Shown: piece by piece, positions 49,974 to 62,062 of the stretch
How positions within the stretch are numbered: position 1 is the first letter of the stretch
Layout of the letters: each line of letters begins with the position of its first letter
Assembly: GCA_010356995.1 (NCBI GenBank)
Contig: ML996708.1
Coordinates: 186,001 to 250,000, forward strand
DNA length: 64,000 nucleotides
From: Trichodelitschia bisporula
Lineage: Eukaryota
Direction: 5' to 3'
Made by a program: the position numbers and the translations under genes
The notes under the pieces: model-generated
Database searches by the model: none
The model's input: only the letters and a program-made list of their open reading frames with translations
Told to the model about the DNA's origin: nothing

Positions 49974-52552
49974 TCATGCCGACTTAGGTGTCTGCGCCGC
50001 CAACCACTCCAGTACGCTCTCGTAACAGAGCACAAACTGCCGCAAGCTCTGCACCATGCTCACTCGCTGCAGCCGCAGATCCTCCACAGTCTTCTGAATC
50101 AAATCCACATCGTCCCGCATGATCCAATCCTCGCCCTCCTTTCCGTCTACCCCTTGTCCGCGGCTAGCGCCTCCAGCCATATCATACCGCCCCTGCGGTT
50201 GCGTACTCCGCTGTGCACGCTCCCGCCGCTGGTGGCGGAGCATTTCTATGACCGAGTCCACCGTGCAAAATGTCCCCGTCCGCCCGCACCCTGCGCTGCA
50301 ATGCACGACAATAGGGCGCGGCGGATCATCCGCACGGGGCAGCTCGGACGCGCTCCTAACGCTGCGCCCATACGACGCCCGCACAACTGCATCAACCTGT
50401 TCCACGAGACCCAAGAGATGTGCCGGGTGCGCCGGGGCTCCAAAATCGGGCCAATTGGAGTACTGTAATTGCGTAATTTCGCGAATACGCTCAAAGGGTT
50501 CTCCAGAGTGTTCGAGGGTAAACCGCCGGACTGTCACGTAGGCTTGCTGCTCTGATGGGGATTGAGCGTCCGCGGCGGACGTCATCGACACGTCGGAAAT
50601 GGACCGACCTCCATCTGTAAGCGGATTGGTGCCAGAGCGGGGGCGGATGCCGGACGCAGTGGGCCCGGGACGCTCGCGGCGGCGCAGAATTTTGGATGGT
50701 TCGATAGAGACGCGATGCTCGGACAAGAATGTAAGCGTCAGCGGGCCGTAGTGCTTAGCATCCCAATAGTTGTGCGCCTTGAGTTGGCCGCCTTCCGTCT
50801 CGGCAGTGAGCATTACGACTACGCGTACGTCTTGCTGCCAAACGACGTTCCAAAAGTCCTGCAGCGGTTAGCAGTGAAAGTAAACAAGACGTGTGGACTT
50901 ACATTGAAGGTTGCCGGAATGGGTCCCTGTGTCGCAATGTAGCGCCTGGTCGACCACGCAGCCTTGATGTGATTGGCATTGACATAGTCACAGCCATCAT
51001 CACGGACGCCTTCGAGCTTGACGCGAGAATGCTCATAGGGCCAAATATTGTTATACCGATTTTTAGCGCCCTTTTCGAAGCCGGCAATGGAGATGGGATT
51101 AATGACTTCAGCGCCGGGGGTTCCGTACACGACTCGTCCAGACAGCGCATCTTGCATGCGCTTCTGCTCCGACTTCTCGATGCGCAGAAACTTCTCTGAA
51201 ATCGTCTTGCCGTTGTCCTTTGGGTCTGCTGCCGCGCGCAGCCACTGTGGAAGATCATCCTCTTGCTGTTGCCCGAGGGAGGCCGGTCGCTTCACCGGCA
51301 GCTGGCCCACGCCGCCTATGAGATCCATGTTCTGCCTAATGTTCCCGAAGAATGGGTTCGCCGCGCTCTTGCTCACGGGCATCGGGCAACCGCCGATGAC
51401 TGGAGGTAGCGAGGGCGCACCCAGTCCTAGCGACAGGCCATGCGCGCTGGGAGTCGTACCGACATCCTCGTCATGAGCGACAAGGTGAGGGAAGCGCTTG
51501 GAAAACTCTGCGAATCCGCCACGGATGATATACGAACCGCCTGTCCAACCCTCGTTGATAAACTTCTTGAGCATGTTTGCACACGGCGCAGCGTCCTTGA
51601 GCTGCTGCGCGAAGCCATCGTACACCACAATGTGCTTACAGCTCTTCCAGCGTTCAAATTTCCGCCGCTGCTCGTCGGATTTGAAGGTCTCGGCCAATTT
51701 CTGGGGATCGTACGATGGCCGCTTGAGTAAAGTAGTAGGAATACAGAGATTGAGAGCGCCCGTTATGCGTGAGCGTGAGTATTGCGTCGACACACGCAAG
51801 TCAAGCAGCAGAATCTCTTCGTGTGCTGCCTCAAGCAAGTTGACGACGTACTGCGGTGTCACGAGCTGGGCACTGCTGCGCTCTTCCGCCTCGCCACGTG
51901 CGGGGAGGGTCTCGGCACGTGGGTAGCCGCTCTGCATGGGCGACTGCGGCGTAGCAGGTGCGGGTGGAAGCGAGTAGCGCGCATCGCGACCGTTTGTCAG
52001 ATATCGTGGAGCATGTAGTGAGTCCTTGTCTGTGAAACCAGCGGGGGAGGCTCGTCGCGGCTTGTCCGTAACCGAGACCGAAGGCGAGGACAGCATGCGC
52101 TTCGGCGACCGCTGCTTGGGCTCTGAGAGGTAGTTTTCCGCCAGCGGCGCATTGACGCGGGGGGAAGGTGGCCGCATGTGTCTGGAGATAGTGGGGGATT
52201 GCGATTGCGACGCGCCATTTACGGGCTGCGGACTTCCCAACATGCCTGCACCGAAGCCTGCCAGCATGGCAGCGCCAAAGCCATGCTTCTCCGACTGCCT
52301 TCTGAACGCCTCGAACTCGGGATTTTGGTCGAGGGGAATGACGCGTGGGGAGGGGGCGGCGGTCGAGCGCACCATGGAGGTTGGAGGGCTCCAGTTTGTG
52401 CGCGCGTGTATTCCAGCACCAGGTGTAAGGGCCTCTGCTGTAGAGTCGATCTTGAGGCCGAAGTAGTTTGGGCTCGGAGAGCGCGCGTCGCTGTGGAGAC
52501 TTGGAGAGAAGTGGCTTTCGCATAGCGGTGACGCAGCGGCGCTCGAGGTCAT
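49974..52552 (-). CDS. Protein tyrosine phosphatase with N-terminal rhodanese-like domain (Ptp2/Ptp3/Pyp1-like MAPK phosphatase)
   Basis: Two exons (intron 50859-50902). LLLDLR...ALNLCIPTTLLKR (rhodanese/CH2), KNRYNNIWPY, YIATQGP, WPDFG, HCSAGCGRTG, MVQSLRQF. Start taken at the first ATG (52552). Confidence 0.9.
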
Positions 52553-54573
52553 GACGGGGAGGGGCAACCTGGGAGTTGGCTGCAGAGTGCGGAGAGCACG
52601 AGAGAGTGAGTTGGAAAGGGTAAGGTGAAGATGCGCTGTTAGGATATGTGCATACTAGGTGTTGGTGGGTGTGAAGAAAGAGTTGGGAGAGTGTTGGTTA
52701 AGGTAGTTTTGGTGAAGTTGGAAGAGGAAGGAGTAGTTGTAGGGGACAGAAAGGTGGCGAGGGTAAGTGATCAACTCGGTTTGAGGGGGCGAAATTAGTA
52801 TTATGCGAGTACAAATGCCGGGTCTATCTATGGAGTTTGCACTCGGTACAGGCTGCAAGATGGCGTAAGGGATAGGGGGAGTAACGGTGAAGGATCCGGG
52901 AGGCGGGGTCTTTGAGGGAGGGTAGGGGAGGGGAGGTACGTAGGTGGTTGATGGATGGGAGAGGACTAGGTAAATAATAGGGGAGAGGGTTGGCGATCGG
53001 TGAGGAGTGAAAGGGGAGAAGGTGGGGGACTATCGAGAAGATATGGGGCTTTTGCGGCTCTGTGTCCTTTTTTACAAGAGACGAAAGGGTTTTAGGGAAA
53101 GATAGGACGAATGGACTTGGGGGAGGGGGGGATATGGGAAACACCTTTAGCTGACTACTGGAAGGGGAGCTGGGGTGGAGGCGACTGGGTGGACGGGAAG
53201 ATGAGAAGGGAGGGGGGGGGGTATGACGTCGAAGGGGTGGGGAGGTGAGAATGAATGCGGGAACGTGGGCCACGTTGTACAAGCCGGGCGTCACTCCGAA
53301 AAGCTGAGAAGAGCAGGACGGTGAAGAGATAGAAGGTCTAGATCTTTTGCAACACATGTCTTTTGGGGAAGCTGCTTTGGTATTTTTGGGAAGGCTGATT
53401 CCGCAGTTGCGAGAGGGAAGAGCGCAAAACAAGGAGGGTCACCTAACGGGCATAATACTGGCGCTAAAAGGTGCCAACTTCATCAACTGCACAGCGTGGG
53501 AGTGTACGTGTCTGCCCCTCGACGGGGTCTTGCGGCGACGCGAATAATTGCAATGGGTGGTGCATTCGGTTAGAGTGTGACGCCAACTATCGCATACAAG
53601 CCAATGATGCGTGAGATGACACCAGAGCTCGTCCCAAAGAGGTATTCGGGGAGCGGATCGATGCCGTTAAAGGACCACGAGCCTGGGGGTGGAAATCTCG
53701 TGTGCATCCCCTTGTAGCGGTTTGGCGGGGAAGGCTAGTCATAACTTTTCCCATTCCCCTACCGTACCGTATTCCCCCAGTCCCAGCGTGCTGGACGCAG
53801 GGCAAGAAGTCAGGCCATGCCGTCTCTTGCAAGGCCCGCAGGTGACGACATGCCGCTATGCCGATCTTTCGGGTCTAGACCCCGCCGATCTTAAGGCTTT
53901 TCGGGTCGCGAGAGGTCATTGGTTACGGCGTCATGTTCCGGTACCCCGGCAAGGGGAGCAAGCTGTGGAGTAGGAAGTGGAGTTCGTGAAGTCATTGGCC
54001 ACATGGCCGGACTTACCAGTTGCTGGCTACGGCTGAGAAAAAGCTGAGGATGAAAAAGTCGAAAGTCGTACGAAGTAAGTTGTTACTGTACCTTACTGTC
54101 GTTTTCAGTTGTCCCTGTGCCCGTATATTGAATCTGGAATGTGCACTTGACTGCTGTGTAACCACCTACGGTGTTATTCCTGTTCTTTGACTTTGCTCTC
54201 TGCATCCCTTGGTCCATTCAGCTAAATGTCGTCATTTGTTCATTCTCCCATTTCCACTCAGCTGCAAATAACCTTAATGGCAAACACGCCTACGGCACGA
54301 TACTGTGGTAGCGAAGGAAGCTAGCGAAAGACCCAAGTCATCGTCATGGAGGTTGATCAATCTCAAATACCCCCACCCCCCACATGGTTCGTATGTGGCT
54401 GTTCTTGCCTTAGGCTTTTATGTCTCTGGTGCCTGGCGCCAACCGAGTAGCGCCACTTCCTAAACGACAGCCACAGCTTGACGCGCTGGCACGCCGTGCA
54501 CGCGTTCCTTTCAATTAGCCCCACCAGATCTCACCCCCACACCGATACTAACCCCCCAACCCTAAAATCCACG

Positions 54574-55645
54574 ATGTCGCTCACACCTGGGCGTGACAGC
54601 TATAACAACTCTCATAGTGCCTTCCTTCAAGCCATTCAGACCAGGCAAACCTTCACCTTTGAGGAAGCTAAGCCAATCCTCGCCGCCATTTTAACTGCCT
54701 ACGGTACCTCGCGCCCGCCTGGTGTATGGCCCGTCATTCGTCACTAGCTAACTTTCGCCAGAAGGACGCCCTGTGCTGGCCAACGACATCCTATTTGAAG
54801 ATTTCACAAACTACATCCACACCATCAATGCTGCCCTCAGCTCCTTTGATTATGAGATTCGCTCAGCATATCCGCAGTCTGCCTCCGTGCGGTCCAGAGA
54901 CACAGCGGTGTACGCTTTCGTCAACGCAACATCCGACCCGCAGACCCAGCTAGCCACCTGCCGCTCTGCCGACGAGATCGCCTATGTAAGGCGCGTCATC
55001 GACGCTATGTTCGACGCGAACAACACTCCGGCCCGCGAGATCATGGCCGTCAAGGGCATGGAGGCGATTCACCTGGCAAAGGTGAATCGTGGCCGGGATA
55101 GCACCGCAATGGCTGGCACTCAGGCCAATGCTGGCTATCTCACCATAGACAAGGCAGAGAAGACGCTCGCTAGTCTTGTCGAGGAGGGTTGGTTTGAGAA
55201 GAGCAAAGCAGGTTACTACAGCCTCAGCGCACGCGCGCTCATGGAGCTCCGGTCCTGGCTGGTGGACACGTACAACAATCCGGACGAAGAGGAGGGTGCC
55301 TGGCAGCCTATTAAGACATGTGAAGTCTGCCGCGAAATCATCACGGTGGTGCGTGTCTGCCACAGCAGCTCCACCTCCCATCGCTAACAGCGTCAGGGTC
55401 AACGATGCGCAAATAACAACTGCCCCTGCAGGCTGCACGACTTTTGCGCTCAGAATATCCTCCGCGCCAAGAACAAGTGTCCGCGCTGCAAGACGGACTG
55501 GGATGAGGAGCGATTTGTGGGGGAACGAGTCATAAAGGGGGTTCAGTCCCGGCCGTCCACTTCTAGTCGGAGAGCCGTGCAGGAGTCCGAGGATGACGAA
55601 GAAGAAGATGGGACGGAAGAGGAGGAAGAGGAGGAAGAGGAGTGA
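54574..55645 (+). CDS. NSE1: SMC5/6 complex non-SMC element Nse1 (RING-like)
   Basis: Three exons (introns 54704-54761, 55349-55396). YNNSHSAFLQA, winged-helix LVEEGWFEKS..GYYSLSARALMELRSWL, RING CEVCREIITVGQRC...C.CRLHDFC...CPRC. Confidence 0.92.
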
Positions 55646-55912
55646 TTTCTTCGGCGTCTGCGGCGATTATGGATGGCGTACGGACTTTGTGACCGGCGGA
55701 TTCAGTCTAGCCGGTGCGCTACCCTATCCGCGCCCGAGCTGGCCAGCACGCGCTCCGCTTATTAATAGAACTGTCCGACGGCGCCATTCAAACCCCGTGT
55801 TATCATGTAGGTGCTTCTGCGACCAGCTGACTATCAATACAATATAACCCTTACCCCTCTGCCATATGCCATATGCCGACTTCCTCATCGTCGGCCATTT
55901 TCCACTGTTACC

Positions 55913-56422
55913 ATGTCTTCGTCTGGGATTCCCATTCTTATCTACGGACGCTCGGCCCAGGTTGCGACGGGCGTCCAGTTAGGCCTCGAACCCGAATATG
56001 ACAGCAAGTAGCTGCAAATCTTCTGTGCGCACGCGCTCACCTTGTTAGCCGTGCACATCTGCATAGACCCGGAGAAAGCTCGCTCCGAAATCCCCAACGC
56101 CGTCGCGGGGAACTTGGAAGACCTCCCGGAAACAAGGCTAGGTACCAACTGCATCCGTCCTGTAACCGAGCGGAAGGCGCCTCGCGCCATCCTTTGCGGC
56201 GCCGGGATCTCCCCTGAGGAGTTTGACCGGCTCAAGGCTGCCGTCAAGGAGGACGTCGTTTGGATCAAGGTGAGTGGTCCTACTGTTGATGCAACCATTG
56301 CTAATTGGTACGTTAAGGCAACGAGAGGGGGACTCGGGGTGTCGCCGACGGCTGTTGGTCCCCCGGATCCCAGTGTCATCGCGAATTGGATGAGAAGGCG
56401 CCTGCAAGAGATGGGGCTTTGA
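55913..56422 (+). CDS. Small fungal hypothetical protein
   Basis: Exon 1 MSSSGIPILIYGRSAQVATGVQLGLEPEYD, GC-AG intron 56004-56048, then TVHICID...APRAILCGAGISPEEFDRLKAAV; probable in-frame intron 56270-56317. Confidence 0.65.
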
Positions 56423-57466
56423 TATTTTGCGACTTTCATCGGGCCGTAGCGCCATGCAAAAGGGAAGGGCTTTGAGCCGGCCCGAATATTGGAAAGTTGT
56501 CTCGCAAAATGTAACTGTGCTCCAGATTAACCATAACTCTGTGTATGACATGAGTCCAGGAGCCAGTACAAGTATGCCCCTAAATCTTGAGATACACATC
56601 TTACGGTGTTATCCGGCCGAATGAGTTGTGGTGCGTCCGCGCCTAAAATGGCGTCGGGCGGCTGCCTTCCGGAGTGAGCATTCGCGCCCTCTGGTGCTAT
56701 ATCACACGATCTGCACTACAATGTGGAGAGCTGACCAACTGCAATTCAATTGGCCGGATATGATAGTAAATACACAGTCGCCCAGCCCAGCCAACTAGGA
56801 GATGGAAATTCTCAGAGATGGACGCCGGTCGAATTAGCTCCGTGGCACCCGGGCCTCACAAACTTTGTAGTCAAATAGCCAAATAGCTGGCGATACATTG
56901 CGCTGAATATAATGTGGAACGGCTCGTCTCCTTGAAGCCTGATTGACCTTTCTCGTCTTGAACTTCTGGAACTAGGATTCTGATGGGGGAAGGAAGGTAG
57001 TGCAAGTAAAGTGTACATCTCAGGTTTAGAGCGCGCATGTGCAAAGGTCCCCAATGATTCCATACTGCTTAGCTCAAGGGGCTTTATATCCAGCGATCGA
57101 ATCCGCGGATTACAATTCGTCAATGGACCGGAGCCGTATGCCGTAAAAGAATGGTCAGTGTTTTCGTTCAGCTCAAAAATAAATAGAGAACTCAATGTGG
57201 ACGTTCTAAGCACTAGGAAGGTTCCTAGGAAGCGGGCAGTCCCCAACGGCGCCGTAACGTTTAGAATCTCACTTCACAGCCGAGAACAGTATTTCTGGAG
57301 CTTATTGCCCAGCGTAATCGGCTAGGAAAGGTCCAAGAGCACTACTAGACATACATCTTAAATATCATAGGTAGACGCGTTACATGCGACGCCGTTTAAA
57401 ATAATTACACATAAACCAGCTGCGCGACTATCCCCTGAACTGCGGGCGTCCTTGATGGCGTTCTCA

Positions 57467-58401
57467 GGGTACTGATAAGTCTACAGCCCATGAAGGTTAC
57501 ATCTACAGTCCTCCAAAATCTAGTCCTAAAAGGGTAAAGTCTGCTGGTAGCCCGACGTTTACGCAATACACTACTAAAACCGCCGGGAATTATGCTTGCT
57601 TACCGTATATAACGCCAAGACCCCCTCAGAAACTTTCCGCGAACTTCAAGTCGCAATGTGCTCATACCGCAACATAATACAACGTTGCCTTTGAGCTCGT
57701 TTTAATCGCCTTAACGCGACGAGTATTTTGGTGCGTCTTTCGTCGCAATAGCGTTGCTATAAAGGAGGTTAACGTGAGTTAAAATTTGCTGCTCTTTGGT
57801 GGGGTCTTAGTGCCGGGACGCTGAAGCCCTTATTAGCCACATTAAGCCACAAAATATTCACATCGCGATAACTGCTCAACCAACAATGTTATAGCGATGA
57901 GATGAGTGTCAAAATGCTCGGGTCGTCAAGGCAATTAAAATAAGCATAGGTTTGCTTCTATCCCGTGTACGGCCCAGGGACACGCCCAGGTACACGCTCA
58001 GGTACTCATCCACCACTTTTCCCTCTCATGGACCAGTCAAAAAGCTGGAATTTAGTTCTATAACAATTTCTCTATTTCTGTAACAAGTCCTAGCTCTTTG
58101 ATTGGTCCACGATAGCGGAAAAGTGGCGGATAAGTATCTGGGCGTGTATCTAGGCCAGAACCTGGGCCGTACAAGGAATATCATTTTATAGAATGAGTGC
58201 ATCGCAGCTTGAAGTTTTGGGGTTAGTTTTGATGGGGTTTTGGTGTTGGTGACGTAAGTAAAGCATATAAGGTGTAATACGGCAGTATCTTGGCGCTAGT
58301 TACGTTAGCGCTCGGGGCTGCTAACAGACTTTACCCTTTTAGGACTAGTGCTTGGAGGGCTGCAGATGTAACCTTCATGGGCTGTAGATTTATCAGTACC
58401 C
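57467..58401. mobile_element. Non-autonomous long-TIR (Mutator/MULE-like) element
   Basis: Termini GGGTACTGATAA...TTATCAGTACCC. About 88 bp of near-identical TIR (57467-57555 vs 58312-58401), extending degenerately to about 200 bp; degenerate 9-bp TSD GCGTTCTCA (57458-57466) / GCGGCCTAA (58402-58410); no transposase ORF. Confidence 0.8.
57959..58180. mobile_element. Palindromic ~220-bp MITE, copy 1 (TA-flanked)
   Basis: TA-TCCCGTGTACGGCCCAGG ... CCTGGGCCGTACAAGGAA-TA; arms pair for about 95 bp; subterminal 12-bp repeats (cgcccaggtaca-like). Confidence 0.85.
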
Positions 58402-59108
58402 GCGGCCTAATTATGGGCGGACCAATCAGAGAGCAAAGTTTCATAACATAACCGTTCTACAAAGAATAAATTCCCTGTGATTGGTCCGATAATAAGGGGA
58501 CGCTAGCGAGGACGCCCGCACGCAAGGGATGGACAGGCCGGACCGCGACGACAGCACGATGGCAGTAAGAGATAGATACATGTGTAAACTTGGCTAAAGA
58601 GAAGTTTAAATGGCGAGACCACGCTCAACATGCTAACTTGATTTTTTGCGAATACCTACGAGTTGATACTCTTTCCCATGCTTATTATCAGCCACCTTTT
58701 ATTCCTTTAACCGCGCACGTGCACCCCTTACTACCGAGCACCTTGCTTAATGCTCAGACTTCATTATGTTTTAGAGCAGAAAAAGAGGTGGGAGTTTAGA
58801 TCACGATGGAATCATCCAAAATGGCTTCATGAAAAGAATATACGTATCATCGGAGTCGCCTTGACGAAATAAGTAACTAAGCCTTTTAATTGGGCTCATT
58901 TCCCGGCGACAGCATTATTATCTAGTTGCAAAGCATGGGCGAGTTTGACGGGAAAGCAACAGCTGCCGAAAAAAAAATGTTACCATCCAAAAATATGATT
59001 CAGCTATAGAGATTGGCACCAAAACGGAGGAAATGCTTTAGCTTCGTAGTTGAATGAGAATCTTGTTGGGCACGTATAACAATAGAATTTATCTTTATCA
59101 ACCAACGC

Positions 59109-61373
59109 CTCACAAGTGGAAAAGCTTTGTCCAAAAAATCACATCAGACCCAGACATCCCACACAACACTGGGCTCTGGATGCTCTCAAAATGGTCCCGG
59201 AAGCGCGCCGGAAAACCCGCGCAAGCCCCTCACACCCCCCCCCCCCCCTCCACAGCTGCGAAGTGGAACCCCTAGACACCGAGAACCACCGAAAAGCCAC
59301 GCTCCTAGCTGACAGATTCTTCCCTCCGCCAGTAGAGGTGGACCTGTCCGACATTCTTCCGGAAGACGTCCGCACTCAAAGATACGCCTTCAACCTGGAA
59401 GTCACCAAGGAAGAAGTGGAAACGGCAATAAAATGGCCTGCCAATAGGAAATCCCCAGGCTCGGACAACATCCCAAATGAAGCACTAAAGAGCGAGAAGG
59501 AAGCAATTTCGCCAAGACTTGCGCGAGTCTTCACACAAAGCCTCCAAGCCGGGTACTTTCCGAGGGCCTTCCGGGAGACAACCACAGCGGTCATCCAGAA
59601 AGAAGGAAAGGAAGACTACACGCTCCCCAAAAGCTACAGGCCCATCGCACTGGAGGCGACGATGGGCAAACTAATTGAAAGAATCGTGGCGGATCGCCTA
59701 ACAGACCTCATGGAAGAAAAGAAGCTTCTCCCGGACACCCAGATGGGAGCAAGGAGGAAGCGACACACGGGCTCCGCCCTGATGCTTCTAACAAGGACCA
59801 TTAGGGCCGCATGGGCCAGAAACCCAGCAAACATCGTCACAGTGCTCAGCTTGGACCTAGTAGGGGCCTACGACCGAGTTTCCCACGAAAGAATGCTTCA
59901 CACACTGAGACAAACCGGGATCCCTGAGAAAATTGTCCGGTTCATCGGCGGCTTCCTCACGGAATGAACCAGCACCCTCACCTTCAGCGGGTTCAAAAGC
60001 AACCCTATCCAAACGCAAACTGGAATCCCTCAAGGCTCCCATCTCTCCCCCATCCTCTTCCTCATCTACGCAAAAGGACTCCTAGAAACATTCGAGAAGC
60101 CCAATCGCCACCGCACCACGGCTTTTCTGTTTGTAGACGACACATACCTCATGACTTCCGGAACCTCCGCGGAAGCCAACTGCAGGAGACTAGAAGAAGC
60201 TCACGACACATGCATCGAGTGGGCGAACAGACACGGCGCAGGCTTTGCCCCAGAAAAATACAAGCTGATCCATTTCACAAACAAAAGGCAAACGCCCACT
60301 GCCACAACAAACATCGAGGGAATCGCAACCCCTCCGGTTCAGTCCCTAAGGATCCTCGGAGTATGGGTCGACCCAAAACTCAAATAGAAAGCCCACGTCA
60401 AGGTGACAGCCGAAAAAGCGATCAAAAACTTCAACGCATTAAGTAGGCTATCCACCTCGGTGGCAGGCCCAAGCCTCAACCTCGCACTCCTCATCTATGT
60501 GTCCACGGTCCGAGCAATCATAGCCTATGCCTGCAGGGTATGAGCCTACGATCTCTCAAAAGCCACTTTGAAGATCATTGAAGCTGTACAGAACAAGTGG
60601 CTCCGAAGGATCACCGGGGGTTCCGGAGGGCCCCAACAGCAGCGCTGGAAAAGGAAGCGGGAATTCCCCCGTTAGGCCTGTACCTAAGAAGGAAAGCCTA
60701 CTAGCAATCAATCGAACACCACGACGAGGACGTGGAGAAATTCATCAGGAAACGCACACGGGCCTACTGGGCCGGAACTGCCCCGCGAAGAGGCCGGAGG
60801 CCCCCAGAACCCACATACCCTGAAGACAAAATGCTCATGGAAGCGAAGGCGATCGTGGCAGCGGCAGACCCCTCCCAGGCGCCAAGAACGATCTTCCGCG
60901 ACTGGGAGAACCAAGAATGGGAAGCCCGGTGGAGAACCAACGGACACAAACAGGCACCAGCCTGGCACACCCCCTGGAAGGAATACGTCCCCAACCTCCA
61001 TGGTGGACTGCTGAAGGCCAACAGCGCCGTAGCAACACAACTACGCACTGAATGCATTGGACTGCGAGACTTCCTCTTCAGAGTAGGAGTCCCGACATTT
61101 GACTCCCCCCGGTGCCCGTGCAGATTTGGGCAACAAACACCCAAGCATATGGTCATGAGCTGCACGCTCGGAGCGGGACGCTCGGAGCTCTACGAGCAAG
61201 CAAGAACGATTGACTACAACAAAATGATCAACACTAGAAGAGGTCTAGAGGCAGTCACAAATAATATCATCAACAGAGGCTTCATCGGCCAATTCAAGCT
61301 AGCTAAAGAATTCCGCCAATCGGAACCCGAGATGTGGGAAAAAAGCCGCCCACACCCCACGAACTGTATATAA
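59109..61373 (+). pseudogene. Disrupted LINE ORF2 (reverse transcriptase)
   Basis: Frameshifts at the C14 run (59235-59248) and the G run (about 60616-60620); in-frame stops at 59965 (TGA), 60385 (TAG), 60541 (TGA) and 60702 (TAG). Confidence 0.88.
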
Positions 61374-62062
61374 ATTCACAATCTCCTAGCGAGACTAGAA
61401 GGGAACCGGATTAAAGCGAGCCATCACAGAGCTGACGGCCCGCAACCGGAACCCCCCAGGAACCCCAAGAGAGCCGGAAAAGCTCAATCCAACGGAGGCC
61501 ACAGCCCTCTCCCCAACCACAAACACAACATACTAGGACAACATACTAGGACTAGCAACAACACCAGTCTACCCACACGTGAAGAAGAGCGGATTCAACA
61601 CCACCCTTGCTACCAGGAACCGGATCTCCCCCAAAGAGGAGCCGCCCCCCCCCCTGGCGGCCTCCGGACACCACCTGGCATTCCTCAATTTCCTTCCTCT
61701 CCTTCTCTCTTTCGGTCACATGACCTAGAATCACGGGATCTGCGTTGCTGTAGGCGTTCGGCGTTTTTGGGGTTTAATTGGGATATGGAGTGTTTCTCAG
61801 TTTTTCGGCGTGCAGCCAAGTTCTCGCTTGGGACACACAAGGATGGTGCAAAGAAAAGACGATAAACACATATAAAAGGCGTGGGGCTCACATGCCCCTC
61901 TCCAAAGGACGACTTTCAGGGCTTTTCCTCAACCCTTCCAGGGAGGGTTGTTGCCGTGTAGAACCAAAGAAATTGGTCAAACCCACTCCTAAAGTGGTGA
62001 GACCCGACCATACGGCTAGCTAAAACAAGCCTGGGCGTAATCAAGCTATTATTATTATTATT
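59109..62062 (+). mobile_element. 5'-truncated, inactivated Tad1-like non-LTR retrotransposon (LINE)
   Basis: ORF2 remnant: KSPGSDNIPNE, KSYRPIALEATMGKLIERIV, QMGAR, LSLDLVGAYDRVSH, GIPQGSHLSPILFLIY, FVDD, FAPEKYKLIHF, LRILGVWVDPKL, CCHC knuckle CPCRFGQQTPKHMVMSC; ~690-nt 3' UTR ending in a (TAT)n tail at 62047-62062. No ORF1 or endonuclease domain. Confidence 0.93.

Larger units (their letters stand above)
57429..58531. mobile_element. Old palindromic MITE (outer element), split by a later insertion
   Basis: Left end TATCCCCTGAACTGCGGGCGTCCTTGATGGCGTTC (57429-57463) vs reverse complement of 58497-58531 (CATCCCTTGCGTGCGGGCGTCCTCGCTAGCGTCCC); internal CGGACCAATCA...TGATTGGTCCG palindrome at 58418-58488. 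Confidence 0.6.

Noticed and set aside
56812..57325. Overlapping 144-aa and 104-aa ORFs at the island border
   Set aside because: Non-ATG starts and no recognisable domain; they may be degenerate relic sequence but cannot be supported.
57959..58180. Short repeats read as a CRISPR-like array
   Set aside because: Eukaryotic context, and the repeats are inverted, contiguous 12-mers with no unique spacers, so they are MITE subterminal repeats.
59965..60704. In-frame TGA/TAG codons in the RT as recoding (selenocysteine, readthrough or A-to-I editing)
   Set aside because: There are four stops plus two frameshifts in a 5'-truncated element, all explicable as transition mutations; decay is the simpler explanation.
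62000..62045. CGACCATAC resembling the 5S rRNA 5' end (5S-derived SINE)
   Set aside because: The match is only about 9 nt, lies at the element's 3' end, and no 5S internal control boxes follow.
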